Shown: one piece after another, positions 9,322-19,079 of the stretch
How the letters are laid out: the number at the start of each line of letters is the position of its first letter
Numbering within the stretch: position 1 is the stretch's first letter
From: Candidatus Cloacimonadota bacterium
GTDB taxonomy: Bacteria; Cloacimonadota; Cloacimonadia; G963667145
NCBI GenBank assembly: GCA_963667255.1
Contig: OY762940.1
Location: 1,120,001 to 1,184,000 of the forward strand
DNA length: 64,000 bases
Reading direction: 5' to 3'
Notes under the pieces: model-generated
What the model was told of the DNA's origin: nothing
Databases searched by the model: none
What the model saw: only the letters and a program-made list of their open reading frames with translations
Position numbers and translations under genes: made by a program

Positions 9322-10992
9322 ATGAACTCCAATATAGAATGTGATTTTTTGGTGATTGGCTCGGGGATTGCAGGTTTGATGGCGGCTGTTCATTTGAGCA
9401 AGGACAAAACGAATAAAGTTGTTCTTGTTTCCAAAGGCGAATTGTCGGAAAATAATTCTTATTATGCCCAGGGAGGTATAGCAGCTGTTGATGAAAAGAG
9501 AATTGCTTCGGGATTGGACAACTACGAATCTCATTGCCAAGACACTTTAATCTCGGGTGATGGTTTATGCATTGAGGAAGTGGTCAGGGACTGTATCAAA
9601 GGATTTTATTCTTCATCTATCAACTCTCTTTTGGATTTAGGAGTTAATTTTAGCAGAGAAGCAAACGGAGATTTTTTGCTACATCAGGAAGGTGGGCATG
9701 AACGCGAGAGAATTTATTGTGTTGATGACCATACCGGAAGATACATTATAGAAACGCTGGTGGACAGAGTTCAAAAAACCGACAATATTCAGTGTGTTGA
9801 TAACCATATGGCTATCAATTTAATTACACAAAATTATCTGCTCGGGAGCACAAATTTTGAAGATAAGTGCTTGGGTGCTTATGTTTTGAATATTAAGAAC
9901 GACAAAGTTTTTACCATAAAGGCGAAAAAGACTATTTTGGCGACAGGCGGTGCCGGTAGAGTTTTCAAATTCACAAGTAACCCTTCTGCCGCTACCGGAG
10001 ACGGAATTGCTATGGCGTTTAGAGCGGGAGCGAGAATTTCCAATATGGAGTTCATCCAGTTTCACCCGACTGTTTTGTATCAGCCCAAAGTCGAATTTGG
10101 CGAAAGAAGATTTTTGATAACGGAAGCGTTGAGAGGGGAAAATCTCGGTGGAATTTTGACTTTGGCAAAAAATAGTGAGGAAGATTTTGTTTTGTCTTTT
10201 GATAAACGAGGCTCTCATGCGACAAGAGACATAGTTTCCAGAGCAATTGACACCAAGATAAAAGAGCTTGGTTTGGAGCATGTTTGGCTCAACTTGACTA
10301 CAAAAGTTACCGGAAAGGACAAAGAGTTTTTCCAAAAGCATTTCCCTAATATTTATAAAAAATGTGAAGAGAACGGCTACAATTTAGAAAAAGATCCAGT
10401 GCCTGTTGTGCCTGCTGCTCACTATGTGTGCGGAGGTGTGAAGGTTGATGAAAGCGGATTGAGCGATATAAAAAATCTCTATGTTGTGGGTGAGAGTGCT
10501 TGTACAGGGCTAATGGGAGCCAATAGACTTGCTTCCAATTCGTTGCCAGAGGGATGCTATTTTGCTCAAAAAGCGGCAAAACACGCTTTGCAAACTAAGA
10601 ACGAAGATTTGTCTAATTTGTCGATTCCGGATTGGCAAAGCGTAGAGACAAGTAAGAAACTTGATTTGGCAACGATAAATCAGTTTTGGGATGTTACAAG
10701 GGAAGTTATGACCAATCTTTGCGGAATAGAGAGAAATAGGCAGAGGTTGTATTTGTCGGCGGAAATCACAGCTTCTCTGGCGAAATCGGCTCATGATATT
10801 TACAAATTGTTCCCCGCTTCCCTGCAAACTTTGGAACTTCGCAATCTTACTTTGGTGGCTCGACTTATAGCTGCGTGTGCTTTGTCTCGCAACGAATCCC
10901 GAGGGTGTCATTATCGCGGAGATTTTCCGAAGAAAGACGAAAAATTTGAAATGTGCACGGTTATCAAGAAAGATATTTTTCCTCGAATTTAA
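9322..10992 (+). CDS. nadB: L-aspartate oxidase
   Basis: GSGIAG, YAQGGIA, EGGH, QFHPT, AHYVCGG, GANRLASNSL and ESRGCHYR motifs; adjacent to nadA and nadC. Confidence 0.95.
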   Translation: MNSNIECDFLVIGSGIAGLMAAVHLSKDKTNKVVLVSKGELSENNSYYAQGGIAAVDEKRIASGLDNYESHCQDTLISGDGLCIEEVVRDCIKGFYSSSINSLLDLGVNFSREANGDFLLHQEGGHERERIYCVDDHTGRYIIETLVDRVQKTDNIQCVDNHMAINLITQNYLLGSTNFEDKCLGAYVLNIKNDKVFTIKAKKTILATGGAGRVFKFTSNPSAATGDGIAMAFRAGARISNMEFIQFHPTVLYQPKVEFGERRFLITEALRGENLGGILTLAKNSEEDFVLSFDKRGSHATRDIVSRAIDTKIKELGLEHVWLNLTTKVTGKDKEFFQKHFPNIYKKCEENGYNLEKDPVPVVPAAHYVCGGVKVDESGLSDIKNLYVVGESACTGLMGANRLASNSLPEGCYFAQKAAKHALQTKNEDLSNLSIPDWQSVETSKKLDLATINQFWDVTREVMTNLCGIERNRQRLYLSAEITASLAKSAHDIYKLFPASLQTLELRNLTLVARLIAACALSRNESRGCHYRGDFPKKDEKFEMCTVIKKDIFPRI

Positions 10993-11001
10993 AGTGATAT
11001 T

Positions 11002-11901
11002 ATGTCGATTTTAAAAGAAATAAACGAATTAAAAAAAAACAAAAACGCCATAGTTTTGGCACATAATTATCAGCCTGAAGAAATTTATCAGGTTGCCGAT
11101 TTTGTTGGAGATAGCTTGGAATTGGCAAAGGTCGCCAGCGAAGTTGTTGCCGATATTATTGTTTTTTGTGGTGTGCGATTTATGGCTGAAACTGCTAAGA
11201 TTTTAAATCCCAGGAAAAAAGTTTTGCTGCCGGCTGCGAATGCCGGATGTCAGATGGCTGATATGGTAAATGCGGAGAAAGTTCGAGAGCTACGCGAGAA
11301 ATTCCCGAATGCTATAGTGGCGTGCTATGTAAATACTACCGCTGAAACGAAAACCGAGTGTGATGTTTGTGTGACCAGTGCTAATGCTGTGAAAGTCATA
11401 AATTCATTAACGCAAAATCAGATTATTTTTGTTCCTGACAAAAATTTGGGTTCGTTCGTAGCAAAAAACAGCAAGAAAGAGATTATTTTAGCAGATGGAT
11501 ATTGCTATGTTCACGATTGCATTTCTATTGAGGATGTGGAAATTGTGAGAGAGCAGTATCCCGATGCTCCGATTTTGATTCATCCGGAGTCCAAACGAGA
11601 AGTTGTGGATATGTGCGACTATGTGTGCTCTACTTCTCAGATGATTTCTGTTTCCAAGGAGATAGATGCACAGACTATTGTTGTGGGAACGGAGGTGGGA
11701 ATGTTGGCTAAACTGAGGCAAGAAGTTCCTGAGAAAATTTTTGTTCCTCTGAAGTCTAATGCTCTATGTAGTGACATGAAGTTGACGACTTTAGAGATGG
11801 TTAGAGATTGTTTGGCGTTTGAAAAAAACGAGATTATTTTAGATAAAGAAGTTATGGAAAAGGCAAAGGTTTGCATTGATAGAATGCTTCTTTTGAGTTA
11901 A
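11002..11901 (+). CDS. nadA: Quinolinate synthase
   Basis: LAHNYQ, GDSLEL, FCGVRFMAET, AGCQMA, CYVN, CYVH, HPE and CSDMK motifs. Confidence 0.96.
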   Translation: MSILKEINELKKNKNAIVLAHNYQPEEIYQVADFVGDSLELAKVASEVVADIIVFCGVRFMAETAKILNPRKKVLLPAANAGCQMADMVNAEKVRELREKFPNAIVACYVNTTAETKTECDVCVTSANAVKVINSLTQNQIIFVPDKNLGSFVAKNSKKEIILADGYCYVHDCISIEDVEIVREQYPDAPILIHPESKREVVDMCDYVCSTSQMISVSKEIDAQTIVVGTEVGMLAKLRQEVPEKIFVPLKSNALCSDMKLTTLEMVRDCLAFEKNEIILDKEVMEKAKVCIDRMLLLS

Positions 11902-11913
11902 TATTTTTGGGAA

Positions 11914-12849
11914 ATGGATAGATTAAAAAGAGTTAACGAAGTTTATCAACAGGGGAAAAATCTCAATTTTGATAATCCGGAGTATCGTCGGCAGGTCGGA
12001 GAATTTATCAACACAGCATTGAGAGAGGATATTGGTTTCGGCGATATTACTACGCAGACCGTTATTCCGCCCGACTTGGAGATGAATGCTGTTATTGGTT
12101 GCAAAGAGGACGGGATTTTTTGTGGTGAGCAGGAGCTTAAATTTTTATACGAATCTAAAGGGATTGATACTAATTTTTTGGTGCATGACGGGCACAACAT
12201 TAAGAAAGGTCAGCGATTAGTGGAATTGTCCGGATTGGTGCAATCGTTACTCTCTTTGGAGAGAGTTGGTTTGAATGTCGTGCGGAGAATGTCGGGAATC
12301 GCTACAACTACTTCCAAATTCGTTAATCTTTTGCAGGGCTCAGGAGCGATGATAGCTGCCACACGAAAAGTAGTTACATGTGAACTAATGGAAAAGCGAG
12401 CAGTTTATGTGGGTGGTGGACTTACGCATCGCATAGGTCTTGACAAGCACATTATGATTAAGGATTGTCATTTGGATATATTGCGGAGATTTCAGGGCAA
12501 TGAAGCTATTCAATCAGTGATACAATTGTGTGAAAATGTGGAAGTTCCCGTGGAAATTGAGGTGGAAAATTTGGAAGATGGCTTCTTGGTAGCCGAGACT
12601 TTTGCGAATAGTGATTATGAGGGGATTCCTATTATTATGCTGGATAATATGAAACCGGAACAGATGTCATATTTTGTGCAAAAATTGAGAGATAAATCGC
12701 TCTATGACAAGATAATTTTGGAAGCGTCCGGAGGCGTAAATTTGAATAATTTGGCTGAATATGGTGCGTGTGGTGTAGATGTAATCTCAACTTCCGGCGT
12801 TACAGAGGGAGCTTTTAGTTTAGACTTAAATCAGAAGATAGAGGGATGA
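11914..12849 (+). CDS. nadC: Nicotinate-nucleotide diphosphorylase (carboxylating)
   Basis: EDIGFGDITT, ER..LN...MSGIAT, TRK, HRIGL, EIEVE, MLDNM and EASGG motifs. Confidence 0.92.
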   Translation: MDRLKRVNEVYQQGKNLNFDNPEYRRQVGEFINTALREDIGFGDITTQTVIPPDLEMNAVIGCKEDGIFCGEQELKFLYESKGIDTNFLVHDGHNIKKGQRLVELSGLVQSLLSLERVGLNVVRRMSGIATTTSKFVNLLQGSGAMIAATRKVVTCELMEKRAVYVGGGLTHRIGLDKHIMIKDCHLDILRRFQGNEAIQSVIQLCENVEVPVEIEVENLEDGFLVAETFANSDYEGIPIIMLDNMKPEQMSYFVQKLRDKSLYDKIILEASGGVNLNNLAEYGACGVDVISTSGVTEGAFSLDLNQKIEG

Positions 12850-12885
12850 TATTGGAGTTCAAACACAAATCTAAAATATACAAAG

Positions 12886-14889
12886 CTAATTATCAAACCA
12901 AATCTTTTCTTGCTCGAATGCTTGAGCAAAAAGCATTTCATCGCCGAAAATAACGGTTGCTCCCTGCAGTTCTGATAGTTGTAGCATTGTTGTTTTTCTC
13001 GGCTGATAGACCATATCCATCACAACTTGTTCAGGTCTGAATTTTGCTACTAAACTTTTGTTTTCGTTCATTCCCACGCTGGTTGCGTTGATAACCACAT
13101 CAAAATTAACACAATTTTTTTCGGCTTCTTCGAGGGTGCAAGAGGTAAAATCGCCGATATTGGATAGCTCATCATTTTTTTGCAATGACCTTGCGGCTAT
13201 AGTGACCTTGGCGTTTTCTTTTAATAGCCCGAATAGAGCAGCTTTGGCAGCACCACCATTCCCGAGAAGCAAAACTTTCTTACCAGCAAGAGAACAATTA
13301 TAGGAGAGAGGTTTAATCGCTCCGATATAGTCGGTATTAAATCCGAGCAATTTCCCTTTTTCGTTTTTGAGGGTGTTGACGGCACCGATTTTTTGAGCGG
13401 TTTCATCCAATTTATTTAGTAAGGGCAAAACCTCTTGTTTAAAAGGCATTGTTATAGCCACACCTTTCCATCCATACGATTTGAAATTAGCCAAAAATTC
13501 TTCGAGTTCAGGTCCGCTGTCGATAGGGAAATTTACAAAACAGGCGTTGATTTGCTTGCTCAAGAATTGCTGATTGTGGTAGGCTCGAGAAAAGCTCTTC
13601 TCAATATTTTTGCCGATAAGCCCGTAAACACAGGTATTTTCGTTGGTGTTCAAGACTCCATACATATCGGTGAGAGTGCTCAAATCTATCTGTCCCGGAG
13701 CGACAGCTTTCCCAGTTGGTAAAAAAGAGTAGGTGAAAGGCGAGCCGTACTTTAGGGAAAGAATTCGCGAAAATTCCCCTTTGACTCCCATGCCGAAAGC
13801 AATAAGGTTGGGAAATTTCTTCAAGGCATTAAAGAGCAAAAAGTTGTCATTTATGTTGTTTATCAAAGTTGCAACTTTTAGGTAAGGAGTTCCCAAAATC
13901 TCCATTTTAGAGATGATTTCCACTATATTTTTAGGCGTCTCTGCAAAATTGTGATAAGATAAAACGATTTTTGAGTTCAATTCGCTGAAATCCAAATCTT
14001 TGCCCAAATCGTATTCAATATCGATAAATTCAAACCCAAGTTTGTCAATTTGCAAAATAGCTTTCTTGTATTCTTCTTCCGTAAGATTGGCTTTTCCGCC
14101 TTGTTTAACGGTTCTCAGGGTTGCTATAACGCCTCTTTTGTTCCAAGTGTCTAAATTATTGGGAATTTCGTTCAGATAGTCCAAGCGAAACTCCGCCAAA
14201 TAATGCAAACTCCTGATGTAATCTATCTCTTTTTTGGCATTTTGGACATCAGATTTGCTAACACAAACACAAATTTTTGGCAGGTAAACAGAGGAAAGAG
14301 GCTTTTTTCTTTTCGGTGTAATCTTTTTGCATAAAGCCAACAACTCATGAGCTTTTTCGCGTAGTTCCTGCAAAGAGCCGTAGTTTTCCACTATGTGGTT
14401 GCAATTTGTGATAAGAGCGTTGTTCTTTTGCGAGTTTATTCTAGAGAGAAGAGAGCTGTTTTTGATTTGCAGTCTCTGAATTTGCAAGTCCACAGAGGTT
14501 TCGACATTCACATCCAAGTCAAAACAATCGCTGATGTTGCGAGAAAAAACAGGCGGGATTTCCACGAAAATCAAATCTTCTTCTTGTTTCTTTATAATGT
14601 CTTCGATTGTTGCCAAAATCACGGGATGAGTAATCTCGTTTAGCTTATTTAGTTTTTCGCTATCCGAAAATGCTAACTTGCTCAAAGAATTTTTGTCTAT
14701 TTCGTTATCACAATTCAATATCGATTCGAAAAACTCTTTGACCAAATCGTCTTTGACCAGGGGTAAAATTTGGTGTCCGACTTCATCGGCATAAACTATT
14801 TTGCAGTCCAGTTCTTCCAAGAATTTGCAGAGCGACGACTTCCCGCAACCTATTGTTCCAGTGATGGCGACTAAGGTTTTTTGTTTCAT
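12886..14889 (-). CDS. coaE-aroD-aroE: Trifunctional fusion: dephospho-CoA kinase + type I 3-dehydroquinate dehydratase + shikimate dehydrogenase
   Basis: CoaE: ITGTIGCGKS, ADEVGH, LNEITHP. AroD: EFRLDYL, ATLR..QGG, DIE, SYHNF, KVA, MG..G.FSR, APGQ. AroE: YGLIG, TMPFK, GAVNT, NTDYIG, GNGGAA, NATSVGM, DMVY.P. Confidence 0.9.
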   Translation of the reverse strand: MKQKTLVAITGTIGCGKSSLCKFLEELDCKIVYADEVGHQILPLVKDDLVKEFFESILNCDNEIDKNSLSKLAFSDSEKLNKLNEITHPVILATIEDIIKKQEEDLIFVEIPPVFSRNISDCFDLDVNVETSVDLQIQRLQIKNSSLLSRINSQKNNALITNCNHIVENYGSLQELREKAHELLALCKKITPKRKKPLSSVYLPKICVCVSKSDVQNAKKEIDYIRSLHYLAEFRLDYLNEIPNNLDTWNKRGVIATLRTVKQGGKANLTEEEYKKAILQIDKLGFEFIDIEYDLGKDLDFSELNSKIVLSYHNFAETPKNIVEIISKMEILGTPYLKVATLINNINDNFLLFNALKKFPNLIAFGMGVKGEFSRILSLKYGSPFTYSFLPTGKAVAPGQIDLSTLTDMYGVLNTNENTCVYGLIGKNIEKSFSRAYHNQQFLSKQINACFVNFPIDSGPELEEFLANFKSYGWKGVAITMPFKQEVLPLLNKLDETAQKIGAVNTLKNEKGKLLGFNTDYIGAIKPLSYNCSLAGKKVLLLGNGGAAKAALFGLLKENAKVTIAARSLQKNDELSNIGDFTSCTLEEAEKNCVNFDVVINATSVGMNENKSLVAKFRPEQVVMDMVYQPRKTTMLQLSELQGATVIFGDEMLFAQAFEQEKIWFDN

Positions 14890-15242
14890 AAGTATTTTTT
14901 GATTTCTCCGATTATTTGTGCAAATTCAAAATAGTTTTTTTGTTTTTCTAATCTTTCGACAAGTTGTGCAATCTTTCTTCTGTTTCCTATCAAAATGGCG
15001 TTGCTCCTCTCAATCTTGCCACATACACACATCTTGTGAGCGGCGACATCCATGCCGATTGCCAGAGCCTCTTGTTTCATTATATTAACGCTACCGCACA
15101 GGAGATTGTCAAGCCGGATATTCAGAGGCAACATTTTGTCCGCCATCACTTCGATGCCCGCCGAACTGCATCCGATTTCGTTCAAAAAATTCTTTGCTTC
15201 GCTGGTATTTTGCGGAGTTAGTTTACTTGATTTGATAGACAA
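14886..15242 (-). CDS. Stand-alone protein resembling the N-terminal extension of long-form dihydropteroate synthases
   Basis: IGCSSAGIEVMADK...NIMKQEALAIGMDVA...AILIG pattern; no pterin-binding TIM barrel follows. Confidence 0.6.
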   Translation of the reverse strand: MSIKSSKLTPQNTSEAKNFLNEIGCSSAGIEVMADKMLPLNIRLDNLLCGSVNIMKQEALAIGMDVAAHKMCVCGKIERSNAILIGNRRKIAQLVERLEKQKNYFEFAQIIGEIKKYL

Positions 15243-15921
15243 AAGTGATAAATCCCGTTTGATTTTGTTCGCCCAAAATTGGGTTGAATTTCCATTGAGC
15301 GAAAGCCTCTCTGCTTGCTTTTTCCAGCAGAGGATTGGCTCTTTTTATAATGACGATATTGGAGACAGTTCCTTGCGGAGAGAGGGAAAAACGAAGTTTG
15401 ACTTTGGCATTTTTTTGTAGTCCGTCAGGATATTTAGGCAAAACTTTGCTCACAATTTTTCGGCTGACGACTTCACCTTCCAATTGAAAATCTTGCTCAT
15501 TTTCGCTTTTCTTTAGCTCTTCCGAAAATTGCTCAAAAAAATCTTGGTTGTCCGGCAAATTGTTGTTTTGGCTGAGAGTGGGAGACTTCGGCTCGGGATT
15601 TAGATTATTGATGGAGTTGCCGATTTTTTCTTGCGTAATCACTTTATTTTTAACAACAATTTTTTCGGGCGAGGAGGTAATCTTTTTGTCCAAAGATTTG
15701 GTTATACTTTTGGGTAAATTGATTTTTTTGGGAACATAGCGATTATCCAAACCTTTTTTAACGCTCTTCTGTCCACTTGCATCAGAGGAAAAAATCCCCA
15801 CAATTTGAATTGTGGGAGGAATTTTATTCAGAACGGTATCGTAACTCAAAACCAAAAATATTGCCACAAAAAACAAGTGTGTCGCAACGGAAATCAAAAA
15901 ACTCAATCGCTTGTCGTTCAT
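15223..15921 (-). CDS. tonB: Energy transducer TonB
   Basis: N-terminal TM with SVATH, K/P-rich linker, C-terminal PKYP...G.V...QWKFNP domain. Confidence 0.85.
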   Translation of the reverse strand: MNDKRLSFLISVATHLFFVAIFLVLSYDTVLNKIPPTIQIVGIFSSDASGQKSVKKGLDNRYVPKKINLPKSITKSLDKKITSSPEKIVVKNKVITQEKIGNSINNLNPEPKSPTLSQNNNLPDNQDFFEQFSEELKKSENEQDFQLEGEVVSRKIVSKVLPKYPDGLQKNAKVKLRFSLSPQGTVSNIVIIKRANPLLEKASREAFAQWKFNPILGEQNQTGFITFVYQIK

Positions 15922-15930
15922 AACAAAAGT

Positions 15931-16335
15931 TTATTTTAAATCAACTCCGCGAGTGGCAAGGCAGAACTTGGTTGCTCCGGACAATTTGGCGACATCCATA
16001 ACTTTGACTATTTTTTGAAACTCCAAACTCTTATCCGCTTGCACCACGATAATTTTCCCTGGTTGTGAGTTGTCCAATTTCTCTTTGAGTAACCCCGGCA
16101 AATCGTCCAAATCTATCTGATTTTGGTCTAAATAAACTTGACCTTCGTGATTGATGCTGATGAAGATATTGTTTGTGTAGTCGCTTTGACTACTTGAAGC
16201 GTCCGGCAAATTGACCTTGATGCCCGAATAAGTGATGAAACTCGACGAGACAAGGATAAAAATCAGCAGAAGCATAATAATGTCGGTAAACGAAATCAAA
16301 GCTATGGAACTAATTCTTTTTTTCTTCAAAATCAT
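15931..16335 (-). CDS. exbD: Biopolymer transporter ExbD/TolR
   Basis: FTDIIMLLLIF, VNLP and ADK...VKVMD motifs. Confidence 0.88.
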   Translation of the reverse strand: MILKKKRISSIALISFTDIIMLLLIFILVSSSFITYSGIKVNLPDASSSQSDYTNNIFISINHEGQVYLDQNQIDLDDLPGLLKEKLDNSQPGKIIVVQADKSLEFQKIVKVMDVAKLSGATKFCLATRGVDLK

Positions 16336-16337
16336 GG

Positions 16338-16940
16338 TTAATTAAATTTCCCGATTATCATATTTGCTTTTTGTTGTAAATCAACAGCTTCGTAGTCGAG
16401 TTTGTCCAAGAGCAAATTGTAAAAACTCAAGGCAACGATACCGACGACCAAACCGGCAACCGTGGTAATTAGTGCTTCCCAAATACCTCCTGCCAAAAGA
16501 GAGATGTCAACGCCTCCAGCAGTTTGTTGGATTTTCATAAACACTTTTATCATTCCCAAAACAGTGCCCATAAAACCGAACAAAGGTCCTACGGCTGCAA
16601 TTGTGGAGAGACTTCCTAACCCTTTTTCCATAGTGAGGATTTCGCGTTGCACACAGGAAGAGATTGTTTGTTCCACATTTTCGTTTCCCATATTTGACAA
16701 AACTCCAGCATAGACTCTGGAGATGGGAATTGAATCGACAGCTTCGCACAATTGGTTAGCTCTGTTGAGGTCTTTCTCTTGTATCACTTTGCCAAACTCC
16801 AATAAGAAATCTTCTTTCTCTTTTCTGTTCTTTTTAAGGCTTAAGAATTTTTCGATAATAATAGCCAAAGCGATGATGGAAAGCATTGCCAAAATTATCA
16901 TAATGTAGCCGCCTTTGACGGCGATAGACAGATAGCTCAT
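16338..16940 (-). CDS. exbB: MotA/TolQ/ExbB proton channel protein
   Basis: LSTIAAVGPLFGFMGTVLGMI and LAGGIWEALITT.AGL motifs. Confidence 0.9.
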   Translation of the reverse strand: MSYLSIAVKGGYIMIILAMLSIIALAIIIEKFLSLKKNRKEKEDFLLEFGKVIQEKDLNRANQLCEAVDSIPISRVYAGVLSNMGNENVEQTISSCVQREILTMEKGLGSLSTIAAVGPLFGFMGTVLGMIKVFMKIQQTAGGVDISLLAGGIWEALITTVAGLVVGIVALSFYNLLLDKLDYEAVDLQQKANMIIGKFN

Positions 16941-16954
16941 TTGTTCCTCTCGTT

Positions 16955-18415
16955 TTATTTATCAAATATTTTCGTCATTTCTCTATCGGGAGTTTTGCCT
17001 GACAAAGAAACAACAATAATTACAATGGAGGCGATAATAAATCCGGGCAATAATTCGTATAAATCAAAAAGACCACCGCTTAAATTTTTCCAAATGATGA
17101 TGGTCGCTCCTCCGCTTATCATTCCCCCAATGGCAGCATAGCGAGTCATTCTTTTCCAAAAGAGGCTAAATAAAAGCACCGGTCCGAAGGCTGCTCCAAA
17201 GCCTGCCCAAGCATAAGAAACTAAGCCGAGAACCGAAGAGTTTTGATTGGAAGCAATAATTCCCGCTAACACGGCAACGGCTACAACAGTAATTCTGCTG
17301 ACATAAACCAACTCTTTTTCGCTGACATCTCTTTTGGTAAAAAACTTGTAAAAATCTTCGGTAAAAGAAGAGGCTACTACGATGAGTTGAGAATCGGCGG
17401 TGCTCATCACGGCAGCAAGAATGGCAGCGAGCATTATTCCGGCAACAAGCGGATGGAAGAAAACTTCGATTAAGAGCATAAAAACTTTTTCGGAGTCGAA
17501 GCCCGCAGGAACGGCTGTAGAGTGAGTGTAAGCATAGCCGATAAGCCCTATCAAAGTGGCGGCTGCAAGACTGACAACAGTCCACGAAACTGCAATAACT
17601 CTGGCTGGACGGACATCTTCTTCTGATTTCAGCCCCATAAATCTGGTGAGAATATGCGGTTGCCCGAAATAGCCAAGCCCCCAAGCCATGGAAGATAAGA
17701 TTGTCAGTAGCGAAAGATTTTCTGAGGCTCCAAACTCTCTGAAAATCGATAAATGGTCGCTTATCAAAGAAAAATTGCTGGAAAATATTTTGTATCCAAA
17801 AATACAGACGAAGCAGATGGAAAACAGCATCAAGAGTCCTTGGAAAAAATCTGTCCAAGACACAGCCAAAAATCCGCCCAAAAAGGTATAGCTGATGATA
17901 ACCACTACGGAAATGAGCAGGGAGTAAATGTAGGGAATGCTGAAAACGGTGTTGAAAAGTTTGGCTCCGGCGACAAATCCCGAGGAGGTATAAATTACAA
18001 AAAAGATAATGATGAAAGCACCAGATAGGAAACGAAGAGTTTTGGATTTATCTTGAAATCTGACTTCCAAATATTCGGAAATTGTCAGAGAATCGTCGGC
18101 TGATTCGGTAAATCTACGAAGTCTTTTAGCAACGAATTTCCAGTTGCACCAAGTGCCGATAGCAAGACCTAAAGCCATCCAAAAAGCTCCGGCAAGTCCG
18201 AAAGCATAAGCTGCTCCGGGCAGTCCCATCAAAAGCCAACCGCTCATATCCGAAGCACAAGCCGACAGAGCTCCAACCCAAGGACCAAGCGACCTACCGC
18301 CCAAAACATAATCGGACAAACTTTCTGTTTTGCGATAAAAGTGCAAACCGATGAACAGCATAAACACGAAATACAAAGTAAAGGTCAAATAAATACTTCC
18401 GTTATTGACAAACAT
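16955..18415 (-). CDS. putP: Sodium/proline symporter
   Basis: DYVLGGR, ASDMSGWLLMGLPG, GYFGQPHIL, AAVMSTADSQL and LYELLPGF motifs; start moved to ATG 18415 after AAGGAG. Confidence 0.95.
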   Translation of the reverse strand: MFVNNGSIYLTFTLYFVFMLFIGLHFYRKTESLSDYVLGGRSLGPWVGALSACASDMSGWLLMGLPGAAYAFGLAGAFWMALGLAIGTWCNWKFVAKRLRRFTESADDSLTISEYLEVRFQDKSKTLRFLSGAFIIIFFVIYTSSGFVAGAKLFNTVFSIPYIYSLLISVVVIISYTFLGGFLAVSWTDFFQGLLMLFSICFVCIFGYKIFSSNFSLISDHLSIFREFGASENLSLLTILSSMAWGLGYFGQPHILTRFMGLKSEEDVRPARVIAVSWTVVSLAAATLIGLIGYAYTHSTAVPAGFDSEKVFMLLIEVFFHPLVAGIMLAAILAAVMSTADSQLIVVASSFTEDFYKFFTKRDVSEKELVYVSRITVVAVAVLAGIIASNQNSSVLGLVSYAWAGFGAAFGPVLLFSLFWKRMTRYAAIGGMISGGATIIIWKNLSGGLFDLYELLPGFIIASIVIIVVSLSGKTPDREMTKIFDK

Positions 18416-18605
18416 TAATTCACTCCTTATAAAAAACAAATTAGGATTCTCACAATGTGTAATAATCACGATAAGTCAGTATTTTGTAACTTATTTTATT
18501 GTCAAATCTAAAAAATTAATCTTTGTTCATTCTTTGAAAGGGGAAACGAGCCAAAAAAACTTCTTTTGTTATAAGGTTGTTAAGATAGCTACTTTTCCCA
18601 TCCAT

Positions 18606-18655
18606 CCTCATTCCAGCGAAAGCGGTAATCCAGTCGGGACAAGGTAGGGACATTA
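18606..18655. repeat. Degenerate palindromic REP/dRS3-like repeat (copy 1)
   Basis: cctcattccagcgaaagcggtaatccagt followed by cgggacaaggtagggacatta; similar to 61206-61256 and 61363-61389. Confidence 0.6.
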
Positions 18656-18721
18656 GCACTAGCTTCTTTATAAAAAACGAGTTAAGAACGGGCATGAGGA
18701 TTAGAGGAGCAGGGAACTTAA

Positions 18722-18964
18722 ACAACAATTCCGTCAGACCCCAATCAACTAAGGCTGGACAACGATTTGGCAAGGGGCTATGTGGATTATTTGGGGGATA
18801 ATAACCTTGATAGAACAGGGAAGAAGAAGGGCAATGATACGAGTATGGCAACGCCAAAGAGAGTGGCACAACCTACTGCTCAAACTCCTGTGCAAAACTT
18901 GGCTCCACAGCCAAAGCCCGAAGAAGAAGAGGAAACAGCAAGAGACGACACAAACGGATTTTGA
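18722..18964 (+). pseudogene. Probable orphan 3' gene remnant
   Basis: 80-codon open frame with no convincing start or RBS, ending in a P/Q/E-rich tail (PQPKPEEEEETARDDTNGF). Confidence 0.35.
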
Positions 18965-19079
18965 GAAAAGTCTTGACTTTCTCCTCGAAAAGAATGTTTT
19001 GGGTTTGTTTTAAAGGCAAAACTCTTGACAATTATCCTCACAATCGCCCATTGGATTGTAGTGGGCATAGGAGGAAACG

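Noticed and set aside
18471..18494. ataagt-N12-acttat palindrome over the putative putP promoter
   Set aside because: 6-bp AT-rich arms are too weak to call an operator without comparative data.
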